Shown piece by piece: positions 1 to 9,424 of a stretch of DNA of 64,000 nucleotides. Numbering within the stretch: position 1 is the stretch's first letter; every line of letters begins with the position of its first letter. The DNA is taken from contig CAZNPH010000002.1 in assembly GCA_964574985.1 (NCBI GenBank), positions 113,263 to 177,262 on the forward strand, in the 5' to 3' direction. The notes under the pieces were generated by a model that saw only the letters and a program-made list of their open reading frames with translations, searched no databases and had not been told where the DNA came from. A program made the position numbers and the translations under genes. The stretch comes from an uncultured Bacteroidaceae bacterium (lineage in GTDB: Bacteria; Bacteroidota; Bacteroidia; Bacteroidales; SM23-62).

Positions 1-7
1 ACGAACT

Positions 8-1165
8 ATGGAAGCATTAGAGCTTATTGAAATAATTGATTTGGGGGAAACCAGTACTGTAGAATTTAAAGAGAAAATTCCTTCCATTGATGGGCTTGCT
101 GCGGAAATGGTCGCATTTGCCAATTCATTGGGTGGTTTTCTCATCGTTGGTGTTGATGATAACGGTCAGATCAAAGGTTTAACCGGTGAACAGCTTAAGG
201 AATACCAGGACATGGCTATGAAGGCTGCATCTAATGGGGTAAAACCGCCACTTGGAAGTATTTGGACTGAAATTGTTAAAATTGAAGAGAATAAAGTCCT
301 GGTAATGCATATTGAAAAAGGCAATACGCTTCATAGAGATAAAAATCATGCAATCTATGTACGTAGTGGTCCTAACAAAAGGAAAGTAACGGATAATGCG
401 GAGCTGTCAAGATTGATGCAGGAAAAGCAACTCTTGTATGCAGAGCAGCAAGTAATTGGAAACTGCTCGGTTGATGACCTTGATATTCGGCTTTTTACAA
501 CTTTCTACAAGGAACGGCATAAGCAGGAAGTAGGTGATTCAAATGAAGAAATCACAAGAGTTCTAAACAATCTTAGACTTTTGAAGGACGGTTCCCTCAC
601 TCTTGCATCCCTTTTGTTATTCGGGAAAAATAATGATATAGTGATCCCCCACTTCTGCATTAAAGCAATTTGGTTTCATACCAATGATTTTTTGACAGAC
701 CAATATCGTTCAAGCGATAATATTTATGGGAATATTTTGGATCAATATACCAAAGGAAAGGATTTTATTGTTGCTAAGCTCCCCCGTATACAAGGTGAGA
801 AGAGTTTTAACAGTATTGGAGATTTGGAAATCCCTGAACTTGTAATTAATGAGCTCCTTATAAATTCCATCATGCATAGGGATTACTTTATTGAAGATTC
901 TATAAAGCTTTATGTTTACCCCGACCGGATAGAAATAAAAAGTCCTGGTAAACTCCCTAACAACCTCACTGTGGAGGATGTAAAACAAGGCATTCAAAGG
1001 AGAGACAGAAATATTTTACTCACATCCTACGGGTTTAATTTATTGCCCTATAGAGGGGTTGGAAGTGGCATACTAAACTCTTTGCAAGCTTATCCAAGTA
1101 TTGATTTTGAAAACAATATTGACGGTGATTATTTCAAAGTAACTATTTACAGACCGGTGGAATAA
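8..1165 (+). CDS. AlbA_2 (Schlafen-like) DNA-binding domain plus C-terminal HATPase_c_4/RecG-C-like domain protein ('divergent AAA' putative regulator)
   Basis: 385-aa ORF. The N-terminus (GETSTVEFKEKIP...FANSLGGFLIVGVDDNGQIKG) is typical of AlbA_2. The C-terminus (ELLINSIMHRDY...IEIKSPGKLPN) is typical of HATPase_c_4. Its TAA stop directly abuts the ATG of the next gene. Confidence 0.7.
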   Translation: MEALELIEIIDLGETSTVEFKEKIPSIDGLAAEMVAFANSLGGFLIVGVDDNGQIKGLTGEQLKEYQDMAMKAASNGVKPPLGSIWTEIVKIEENKVLVMHIEKGNTLHRDKNHAIYVRSGPNKRKVTDNAELSRLMQEKQLLYAEQQVIGNCSVDDLDIRLFTTFYKERHKQEVGDSNEEITRVLNNLRLLKDGSLTLASLLLFGKNNDIVIPHFCIKAIWFHTNDFLTDQYRSSDNIYGNILDQYTKGKDFIVAKLPRIQGEKSFNSIGDLEIPELVINELLINSIMHRDYFIEDSIKLYVYPDRIEIKSPGKLPNNLTVEDVKQGIQRRDRNILLTSYGFNLLPYRGVGSGILNSLQAYPSIDFENNIDGDYFKVTIYRPVE

Positions 1166-3802
1166 ATGAAACTCCAATTCGACCCCAATCAAAATTATCA
1201 AAAGCAAGCCATCAACGCCATTGTTGACATCTTTGAAGGGCAGCCTTTGAGCAGTAGCGAGTTGGATTTCACATTGACGTACGGCAGTTTAAGCCTTTCC
1301 GAAAATGGCGTAGGAAACAATATCGTGCTGACAGATGAACAAATTCTGAATAATGTTCAGGAGGTTCAGCAACGAAACGACATTGAACCTGTATCTGAAC
1401 TGGACGGCATGAACTTCTCCATTGAAATGGAGACCGGAACCGGTAAAACATACGTGTACCTTCGAACCATATACGAACTCAACGAAAAGTATGGATTTAA
1501 AAAGTTTGTGATTGTTGTGCCGGGTGTAGCCATCCGGGAAGGCGTGTTGAAAAACCTTGAGATTACCTGCGATCATTTCCAAACGCTTTATGACAAAGTA
1601 CCCGTTGATTTTGGCGTGTACGATTCCGGGAAAGTTTCTCAACTTAGAGGGTTTGCATCAAGCAATACGGTTCAGGTTCTGGTGATGAACATTGATGCCT
1701 TTGCCAAAGATGAAAACATCATCAACAAGCCCAACGACAAACTGACCGGCAAACGTCCGATTGAGTTTATCCAATACACTCGTCCATTCGTCATTGTGGA
1801 CGAACCGCAAAATATGGAAACCGATATTCGAAAGAAGGCTGTAAAAAACCTGCATCCTTCCTGCACTTTACGCTATTCGGCAACTCACCTGAATCTATAT
1901 AACCTTGTTTACAGTTTAGACCCGGTAAAGGCTTATGACCTCGGTTTGGTGAAAGAAATTGAAGTGGATTCCGTATTTGCGGAGGATAACTACAATGATG
2001 CTTTCGTAAGCCTGGAATCGGTCAATGCCACCAAAACCCGGACATCCGCCAAGTTGCGGATAGATGTAAACCAGGACAGCGGTGTCACCAAAAAGTCAAT
2101 TACCGCGAAAGTTGGTGATGATCTGTATGCCTTATCCAACATCCGCGAAATCTATCAGAACGGATTTATCATTGACGAAATTGATGTTGCCAATCAGTGC
2201 ATCTCGTTTACCAATGGAACCATGCTTTATGTGGGAGACACGCAAGGTGGACTGACGGACGAGATCATGAAATTCCAGATTCAGAAAACCATTGAAGAAC
2301 ATTTCAAAAAGGAACACAAGCTCAAAGAAAAAAACATTAAAACACTTTCACTGTTTTTTATTGATAAGGTGGCCAACTACCGCCAATATGATAATACCGG
2401 CAACTCCTTACCGGGTCGCTTTGCCCAATGGTTTGAAGAAGCTTTTAAAAAAGTTACCGGAAAACCGGCTTTCAAGGGATTGATTCCATTCCCGGTCGAA
2501 CAGGTTCATAACGGCTATTTCGCACAAGACAAAAAAGGAAGGTTCAAAGACACTTCCGGTGAAACAAAAGCGGATGATGATACTTACAGGCTCATCATGA
2601 AGGACAAAGAAAGGTTGTTGGATAACAATGAACCTTTACGATTCATTTTCAGTCACTCGGCTTTGCGTGAAGGATGGGACAGCCCCAATGTGTTCCAGAT
2701 TTGTACGCTGAACGAAACCAAGTCGGAAATGAAAAAGCGACAGGAAATAGGCAGGGGATTGCGTTTGGCGGTGGACGAAACCGGCAATAGAATTCACGAC
2801 CGGAACATTAACCGGCTTACAGTCATTGCCAACGAGAGTTATGAAGACTTTGCCAAAAAGCTGCAACAGGAAATTGAAGAAGATTGCGGAGTGGCATTTA
2901 GGGGTCGTATCAAAGACAAGCGGAAACGGGTAAAAGTGGAATACCGCAAAGGTTTCCAGGCAGACCCGAAATTCCTTGAAATATGGGAACGGATCAAATC
3001 GCGAACTTATTATCGGGTGGCGTATGATACAAAGGAGTTGATAAAGGCAGCTTCCAAATCCGTAAAGGAAATTGAAGAAATCAAAAGGCCCCGGATCAAG
3101 TCCGTAAAAGTGGGCATTCTCCTTGAAGAACCCGGAGTGAATTATGAAGTAAGAGCCTCGAAGGTGCTTGAGCCGGAAAAAGATCATGACATCCCGGACG
3201 TACCTGGTTATATCCAAAGCAAAACCGAACTGACACGCAGCACTGTTCTGGAAATTTTGAAACAGTCCGGGCGAATGAATGACATTCTGGTCAATCCGCA
3301 ATTATTTCTTGACAGAGCCGTAGCTGCCATCAGAATCGTACTTTATGAATTGATGATTGACGGCATTAAGTATGAAAAGATCGGCAGCAAAGACTTTGAA
3401 ATGCTGCTCTTTGAAGAAAACGAGATTGAAACCTACCTTGACAGCCTGACTTTTGAGGTAAGCAAAAACGACAAGACCATTTACGATAAGTATATGCCCC
3501 TTGACTCGGACGTTGAGACAGACTTTGCCAAAGAGTGTGAGACACGGGAAGACATTGAGTTTTACTTCAAACTCCCATTCTGGTTCCACATTGATACGCC
3601 AATAGGAAAATATAATCCCGACTGGGCATTGGTCTTTAAGAACGAGAAGAAAATCTACTTTGTGGCCGAAACAAAAGCTACAAAAGATTTATCAAAACTA
3701 AGGAACGAAGAACGATTAAAGATAAAATGTGGAATTAAGCATTTTCGTCAGTTTGAGGATGTCGGATACAAGTATGTTACGAAGGTGCAAGACATTATTT
3801 GA
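1166..3802 (+). CDS. Type III restriction Res-like SF2 helicase with C-terminal PD-(D/E)xK nuclease
   Basis: 878 aa. Helicase motif I is MEMETGTGKTYVY and motif II is VIVDEPQNM, followed by SALREGWDSPNVF. A C-terminal nuclease-like signature is present (YNPDWALVF...YFVAETK). The architecture is that of ResIII-type enzymes. Confidence 0.8.
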   Translation: MKLQFDPNQNYQKQAINAIVDIFEGQPLSSSELDFTLTYGSLSLSENGVGNNIVLTDEQILNNVQEVQQRNDIEPVSELDGMNFSIEMETGTGKTYVYLRTIYELNEKYGFKKFVIVVPGVAIREGVLKNLEITCDHFQTLYDKVPVDFGVYDSGKVSQLRGFASSNTVQVLVMNIDAFAKDENIINKPNDKLTGKRPIEFIQYTRPFVIVDEPQNMETDIRKKAVKNLHPSCTLRYSATHLNLYNLVYSLDPVKAYDLGLVKEIEVDSVFAEDNYNDAFVSLESVNATKTRTSAKLRIDVNQDSGVTKKSITAKVGDDLYALSNIREIYQNGFIIDEIDVANQCISFTNGTMLYVGDTQGGLTDEIMKFQIQKTIEEHFKKEHKLKEKNIKTLSLFFIDKVANYRQYDNTGNSLPGRFAQWFEEAFKKVTGKPAFKGLIPFPVEQVHNGYFAQDKKGRFKDTSGETKADDDTYRLIMKDKERLLDNNEPLRFIFSHSALREGWDSPNVFQICTLNETKSEMKKRQEIGRGLRLAVDETGNRIHDRNINRLTVIANESYEDFAKKLQQEIEEDCGVAFRGRIKDKRKRVKVEYRKGFQADPKFLEIWERIKSRTYYRVAYDTKELIKAASKSVKEIEEIKRPRIKSVKVGILLEEPGVNYEVRASKVLEPEKDHDIPDVPGYIQSKTELTRSTVLEILKQSGRMNDILVNPQLFLDRAVAAIRIVLYELMIDGIKYEKIGSKDFEMLLFEENEIETYLDSLTFEVSKNDKTIYDKYMPLDSDVETDFAKECETREDIEFYFKLPFWFHIDTPIGKYNPDWALVFKNEKKIYFVAETKATKDLSKLRNEERLKIKCGIKHFRQFEDVGYKYVTKVQDII

Positions 3803-3813
3803 GTTATTCTTTT

Positions 3814-4545
3814 ATGAATTACATAAATCAATTTGAATTGATTCATGCAATAATGGAGCATAAGGACGGATGGCTTGACTATAAGGAACTTCTGTCCACT
3901 GTCAACAGGCAGCAAATCATGAAGAAGCTTCAAAAGTCTAACCCTGGACTGAAAGGAATAAGCGATTTTTTTATCACAGAAGAACCAATCGAAGATGAGA
4001 ACTGGTTAAAGTTACCGGAAAGAGACAAGAAGAAGATAGCGATACTGAATGCAAAGATTAAAAAATCTAAAAATCTCCATTCGGTCATTGCAGATCTGCT
4101 CAAATATAAATTGAAGTATCCGGATGTACCACCTATCTATAATTACCTTGGGATTGCATATAACAGAGCCGATCAACAAAAGGAGTTTTATCGCATTTTA
4201 CTGGAAACCAGGGAAAAGTTTCCGGACTATGTTTTTGGGAAGATTTCAATGGCTGAGTATTATCTTTCTATTGACCGACATAAAAAAATACCCGACATAC
4301 TTGACCATAAATTCGAAATTACCCAGCATTACCCAGTCGGAACAGAAGCCTTCCATATTTCAGCAGTCAGGGGCTTTTACTACGTAACCGGCATGTATTT
4401 TATCAGAGCCGGGAAAGCAGAGATGGCATACAAATCATATTTCCTTTTAAGTGATCTTGATATTGATAATCCATCCACCCAAATACTCGGACATGAGATT
4501 ATTGGCCATGAAATCAAGGCCTTAAAAAGGAGAATGGATAGTTAA
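3814..4545 (+). CDS. Hypothetical protein with a small N-terminal helical domain and TPR-like C-terminal repeats
   Basis: The ORF track starts at TTG 3799, overlapping the Res stop; the first ATG is at 3814 (MNYINQFELIHAIMEHKDGWLDYKEL). No catalytic motif was recognised. TPR-like helices are present (YNYLGIAYNRADQQKEFYRILLETREKFPDY). It lies 15 nt upstream of the SNF2 gene. Confidence 0.5.
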   Translation: MNYINQFELIHAIMEHKDGWLDYKELLSTVNRQQIMKKLQKSNPGLKGISDFFITEEPIEDENWLKLPERDKKKIAILNAKIKKSKNLHSVIADLLKYKLKYPDVPPIYNYLGIAYNRADQQKEFYRILLETREKFPDYVFGKISMAEYYLSIDRHKKIPDILDHKFEITQHYPVGTEAFHISAVRGFYYVTGMYFIRAGKAEMAYKSYFLLSDLDIDNPSTQILGHEIIGHEIKALKRRMDS

Positions 4546-4560
4546 TCGCTGATTTAATAA

Positions 4561-7500
4561 ATGAAGAAATACGGACAAACCTGGTGGGGTGCCAGATGGA
4601 TGAACGCCCTTTCTCATATCGACTATTCCAACCGGCTGCCCAGGGGACGGAGTTATGCCAACAAAGGCGCCGTGAAAGACCTCAGGATCTCGGGTCGCAG
4701 AATTATAGCGAACGTCAAGGGCACACGTATCAAACCCTATCAGGTGACCGTGGAGATCCCCTCCTTTACGCCTAAGGAGAAGGAGTCACTGACCGGTGTG
4801 ATCCTGAACAATCCGCTGCTGCTTTCTAAGTTGCTGAACCGTGAGCTGCCCGAAAGCCTTCACTCCATAGCGGAATCTCATCAGATCCGGATTTTTCCCG
4901 GCCGGTGGAACGATCTGGATATGCATTGTTCATGTCCTGACTGGGCCGTACCCTGTAAACACCTGGCAGCTGTGATCAATGTCATTGCCAATGAGATTGA
5001 CCGCAATCCCTTCCTGATATTCAAACTCCACGGCTACGATATCATACATGAGCTACGGAGCCTCGGGATTGAAGCCATCAGCGATACCGTTACAATCCCC
5101 AATCTCGCATCCCTGGCCGTAGCTGAGCCGGCAGAGGATTACCACAGGGAGAAGACCATGGCGCTGGAAGATATCGATTTTTCAGTGCTGGACGATATGC
5201 GGGAAAAGCTGCTCTCCCTGCTCCCTGAAAAACCGGTTTTCCATTCAAAAGATTTTAAGAAGGTGCTGGATACACTCTACCGGAAAACATCCAGGAAAAT
5301 AGCCAGGGAGAACATGGCGAGTGCCGGATTATCACACATACCGGATCAAAATTCATCACACTACGAGAGATACTCGGGTATAGATATCGTGCTGGACAGA
5401 CTCAATGGGCTGGCAGAGTGCAGGATTCATGGCGAACCTGGTGGCTCGTGGAGCGACCATCATCAGGTAGGCCAGGAGGAAACCTGGGGTTTTCAGAGCG
5501 ATTTTGAAATGCTTCAGTTTGTATCAGCGATTACTCCCAAACAGGCACACCGCTTATCCCCCGGAATAACTTACCTTTTCCTGGTTTATCATTTCAGCAG
5601 GAAACTGGCAGAGACCTCATCCTTTATCCCACAGCTACTCAAGATCACGGACGGCAACTATTCCGTCCGCTGGATCCCGGCCCTGATGGATCAAAAAGTC
5701 GATGAGATCTTCAGAAGTCTGGCTGCAGCCTTTCCTGATGAAGAAGAACTCAAAATCGAACGGGAATCCACGAAACCGAAATTCACAAAACAGGAACAGT
5801 TGAGAAGCCTGATCTCCTATTTCATTGGTCAGTTTATCAGGGATATTGGATCTGACAAGCAAATGGCAGGTGATCCGGTCTACGCTATATTTGTTGAAAA
5901 TCACTCCTACCCCTTTGATCTTCCGGGCGAAAAAGAGATCCCTTCTTCCATTCAGCGCTGGATTGACAGGTTCTACCTTACCCGTCAGGCATTTTCCCCG
6001 GTGCTGGAGATCTTCGAAAAGGATGATTCAGGTACGTTTGGCCTGAAAGTTCTGGTGGAAGATAGCCAACAGCCGCTGAAAGAAGCGATTCCCCTGTCCG
6101 ATATAATGACCCTTCCTGAATACAGCAACTCCAGGTACGAAGTACTGCGCAGCATCGAACTGCTGACTCCTTCACTTCCCGAACTGGAGTTTATTCTCTC
6201 CACTTCGGGCAGACATATCCCGGTCTACACCCCCGCTGAGTTTGCTAATGTATTGTTCAGCATTCTGCCCATCATCAGGCTTTATGGCATCCGTGTACTG
6301 TTGCCGGATGAGCTGAAAAGCCTGATCCGCCCCGCCGCCTCTGTGGCGCTTTCTTCTTCGGGCAGGGTTGTCAAAAAATCATTGCTGAACCTGGAGAAGA
6401 TACTCAGCTTTCAATGGAAGATTGCCCTGGGAGACACCCTGATGGATGCAGGCGAGTTTTTCAGGATGGTGAAAGGGCTCTCGGGAATTGTTAAGATGAG
6501 AGATCAGTATCTCTACCTGAACACGGCGGAGCTGAAAACACTGATGGATCAGGTACAGCAGCAGGAGGGGAAAATAGAGAGGAGCCAACTGCTGCAGGCT
6601 GCCTTAACCGGCGAACTGAATGGCGAGAAGGTGAGTATCGATAAGGCCACGAGGAAGCTGATCGATGAGATGCTTAGCGTGGAACAAATCGAAATTCCCG
6701 GGGGACTCGATGCAACGCTGCGGCCCTACCAGCAGAATGGCTTTGACTGGTTATACAAAAATGCCACCCTTGGTTTTGGAAGCATCATTGCCGATGACAT
6801 GGGACTTGGAAAAACCCTGCAGGTGATTGTCACGTTGCTGAAACTGAAGGAGGAGGGAGCGCTTGATTCCCGGCAAGTGCTTATCGTGGTGCCTACCACC
6901 CTGCTTACAAACTGGAAAAAGGAGTTTGAGAAGTTTGCTCCCGGCATATCTCATGCCTCTTTTCACGGACCGAACCGGACCCTGAACGAAGAGGTTGATG
7001 TGATCCTTACCAGTTACGGGATTACACGCAGCGACCAGGAGCTGCTCTCGAAAAAACGATGGGGCGCAGTGATCATTGATGAAGCACAGAACATCAAAAA
7101 TACAGAGGCCGGGCAGACCCGGGCAGTAAAAAAGCTGAAGTCGGATATCCGGGTAGCCATGAGCGGCACCCCGGTGGAAAACCGTCTGTCGGAGTACTGG
7201 AGCATCTTCGATTTCATCTACAATGGATACATGGGAAACCTTAAAAGATTCACAAAAGAATATGCATATCCCATTGAGGTAAACCGGAACAAGAAACAGC
7301 TTGACCGCTTTCTGAAGATCACCTCCCCCTTCATTCTGCGCAGACTCAAGAGCGACAAGTCAATTATCAGCGATCTGCCAGAGAAGATTGAAAACGATTA
7401 CATGGCTGCGCTTGTGAAGGAACAGGGAGCGCTCTACCAGGGCGTTTTAAATACTATGATGGAAGATATTGAGGGGATTGATCCGGAAGAAGAGGAAGCT

Positions 7501-8130
7501 GCCATCAGGCGACGTGGCATGGTATTGAAACTGATCATGGCCCTGAAACAGGTTTGCAACCACCCCTCGCAGTATCTGAAAAAAAGCGACCCTTCACCAG
7601 AATTGTCCGGCAAATCCGGCATGCTACTAGACATGCTTGTTAATATCCTGGAAAATAATGAAAAGGTGCTAATATTTACCCAGTTCAGGGAAATGGGAGT
7701 GATCCTGCAACAGATGATCCGGGATCGATTCGATACCGACAGCATGTTCCTGCATGGCGGAACCACCCGGAAAAAACGTGATGAGATGGTGGAGCGCTTT
7801 CAGAATGATCCCAGGGAGAAAATCTTTTTACTCTCCATCAAAGCCGGGGGAACCGGGCTGAACCTGACCGCAGCCAGTCATGTGATCCATTACGACCTGT
7901 GGTGGAACCCTGCCGTTGAGACCCAGGCCACCGATCGTGCCTACCGGATCGGACAAAACAAAAATGTGATGGTCTACCGCCTGATTACACAGGGTACCTT
8001 TGAGGAGAAAATTAATGACATGCTGAAGGATAAGAGAGAGCTGGCCGACCTGACAGTCTCCACCGGCGGAAAATGGGTGGGCGAGCTGTCAAATCGCGAG
8101 CTAAAAGCACTTTTCACTATCTCAGATTGA
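4561..8130 (+). CDS. SWIM zinc-finger / SNF2-family helicase (YwqA-like)
   Basis: 1189 aa. SWIM finger: CSCPDWAVPCKHLAAV. SNF2 motifs: LRPYQQNGFDWL, DDMGLGKT, IIDEAQNIKN, MSGTPVENRL. Helicase_C motifs: LSIKAGGTGLNLT, QATDRAYRIGQ. Confidence 0.9.
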   Translation: MKKYGQTWWGARWMNALSHIDYSNRLPRGRSYANKGAVKDLRISGRRIIANVKGTRIKPYQVTVEIPSFTPKEKESLTGVILNNPLLLSKLLNRELPESLHSIAESHQIRIFPGRWNDLDMHCSCPDWAVPCKHLAAVINVIANEIDRNPFLIFKLHGYDIIHELRSLGIEAISDTVTIPNLASLAVAEPAEDYHREKTMALEDIDFSVLDDMREKLLSLLPEKPVFHSKDFKKVLDTLYRKTSRKIARENMASAGLSHIPDQNSSHYERYSGIDIVLDRLNGLAECRIHGEPGGSWSDHHQVGQEETWGFQSDFEMLQFVSAITPKQAHRLSPGITYLFLVYHFSRKLAETSSFIPQLLKITDGNYSVRWIPALMDQKVDEIFRSLAAAFPDEEELKIERESTKPKFTKQEQLRSLISYFIGQFIRDIGSDKQMAGDPVYAIFVENHSYPFDLPGEKEIPSSIQRWIDRFYLTRQAFSPVLEIFEKDDSGTFGLKVLVEDSQQPLKEAIPLSDIMTLPEYSNSRYEVLRSIELLTPSLPELEFILSTSGRHIPVYTPAEFANVLFSILPIIRLYGIRVLLPDELKSLIRPAASVALSSSGRVVKKSLLNLEKILSFQWKIALGDTLMDAGEFFRMVKGLSGIVKMRDQYLYLNTAELKTLMDQVQQQEGKIERSQLLQAALTGELNGEKVSIDKATRKLIDEMLSVEQIEIPGGLDATLRPYQQNGFDWLYKNATLGFGSIIADDMGLGKTLQVIVTLLKLKEEGALDSRQVLIVVPTTLLTNWKKEFEKFAPGISHASFHGPNRTLNEEVDVILTSYGITRSDQELLSKKRWGAVIIDEAQNIKNTEAGQTRAVKKLKSDIRVAMSGTPVENRLSEYWSIFDFIYNGYMGNLKRFTKEYAYPIEVNRNKKQLDRFLKITSPFILRRLKSDKSIISDLPEKIENDYMAALVKEQGALYQGVLNTMMEDIEGIDPEEEEAAIRRRGMVLKLIMALKQVCNHPSQYLKKSDPSPELSGKSGMLLDMLVNILENNEKVLIFTQFREMGVILQQMIRDRFDTDSMFLHGGTTRKKRDEMVERFQNDPREKIFLLSIKAGGTGLNLTAASHVIHYDLWWNPAVETQATDRAYRIGQNKNVMVYRLITQGTFEEKINDMLKDKRELADLTVSTGGKWVGELSNRELKALFTISD

Positions 8131-8253
8131 AGATGATTTGCGATAATCCAATAAGTGTTACTAATTTCATGTCCGAGAGAATTAAGTTTCTCCACCCGGT
8201 TTGCCCATTTCAGGATTTTTTGCGTGGAGACGGCTCAAGTTTGCTAATACTTT

Positions 8254-9306
8254 TCAAGCAACTCCGATCTCTTTGGCAAGGTAAACATCCTGTATGGCAT
8301 GCAGCAATTCCACACCTTCCTTCATGGGTTTCTGAAAGGCCTTTCTTCCGGATATGAGTCCGGTGCCCCCGGCACGTTTATTGATTACAGCCGTTTTCAC
8401 GGCCTGTTGTAAATCGTTCTTGCCGCTGGGCCCGCCTGAATTGATCAATCCGGCTCTTCCCATGTAACAATTGACTACCTGGTAACGTGTAAGGTCAATG
8501 GGGTGGTTGCTGGTAAGTTGTTCATATACCAGATCATGGGTTTTCCCAAAGCCGATTGCCCTGAAACCCTCATTGCACACAGGCATTTTTTGCTTGACAA
8601 TGTCGGCCTGGATGGTCACGCCAAGATGGTTTGCCTGCCCTGTCAGATTGGATGCAAGGTGGTAATCGGTGCCTTCCTTTTTGAATGAAGCATTTCTCAG
8701 GTAGCACCACAGTACGGTGAACATTCCCAGTTCATGGGCATATTCAAAGGCCTGGGACACTTCTTCAATTTGCCTGCCTGATTCTTCCGAGCCGAAATAA
8801 ACGGTGGCTCCGACAGCCACGGCTCCCATATCGAAGGCCTGATCCACGGAAGCGAACAACCGCTGGTCGTATTTATTCGGATAGGTGAGGAGTTCATTGT
8901 GATTCAGTTTGACGATGAAAGGGATCTTGTGTGCGTATTTTCTTGATACAGATCCCAGCACGCCCAATGTGGAGGCCACGGCATTACAGTTTCCCCCGAT
9001 GGCCAGTTTCACGATATTCTCCGGATCAAAATAGGCCGGGTTGGGGGCAAAGGAAGCGCCGGCCGAATGCTCGATGCCCTGGTCTACAGGCAGTATGGAA
9101 AGGTATCCGGTGTTTGCGAGCCGGCCGTTGCCGAATACAGACTGCAGGTGACGAAGGACGGCGGTGGGCCGGTCGGTATGTACCATGATCCGGTCGATAA
9201 AATCAGGACCGGGCAGGTGCAGATCATCCTTATTCACTGTTTTGCATTGATGTTCCAGTAATGACCGGGCATCATCTCCGAGTAATTGTTGGATTTTATC
9301 AAACAT
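8254..9306 (-). CDS. fbaB: Class I fructose-bisphosphate aldolase (FbaB/DhnA type)
   Basis: The internal ATG at 9306 gives 350 aa starting [23 protein letters not shown]. Length and sequence are typical of class I FbaB. The 77 codons upstream in the ORF track do not look like coding sequence. Confidence 0.85.
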   Translation of the reverse strand: MFDKIQQLLGDDARSLLEHQCKTVNKDDLHLPGPDFIDRIMVHTDRPTAVLRHLQSVFGNGRLANTGYLSILPVDQGIEHSAGASFAPNPAYFDPENIVKLAIGGNCNAVASTLGVLGSVSRKYAHKIPFIVKLNHNELLTYPNKYDQRLFASVDQAFDMGAVAVGATVYFGSEESGRQIEEVSQAFEYAHELGMFTVLWCYLRNASFKKEGTDYHLASNLTGQANHLGVTIQADIVKQKMPVCNEGFRAIGFGKTHDLVYEQLTSNHPIDLTRYQVVNCYMGRAGLINSGGPSGKNDLQQAVKTAVINKRAGGTGLISGRKAFQKPMKEGVELLHAIQDVYLAKEIGVA

Positions 9307-9424
9307 AATTGCGGTTGTTACAATAAAGGTGAATAAAGTTAATCCGATAAAAAAGAATTTCAAACAAATACCGGCATTATCTGAAGGTATTTTATTTTCA
9401 TCCGGACACATAATGGGCATTATC

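Noticed and set aside
8131-8253. Possible terminator or island boundary repeat between the SNF2 and fbaB genes (TCTCCAC...GTGGAGA).
   Set aside because: The 7-bp arms are separated by a ~30-nt loop with no adjoining T-run. It is not a convincing intrinsic terminator or att-like repeat.
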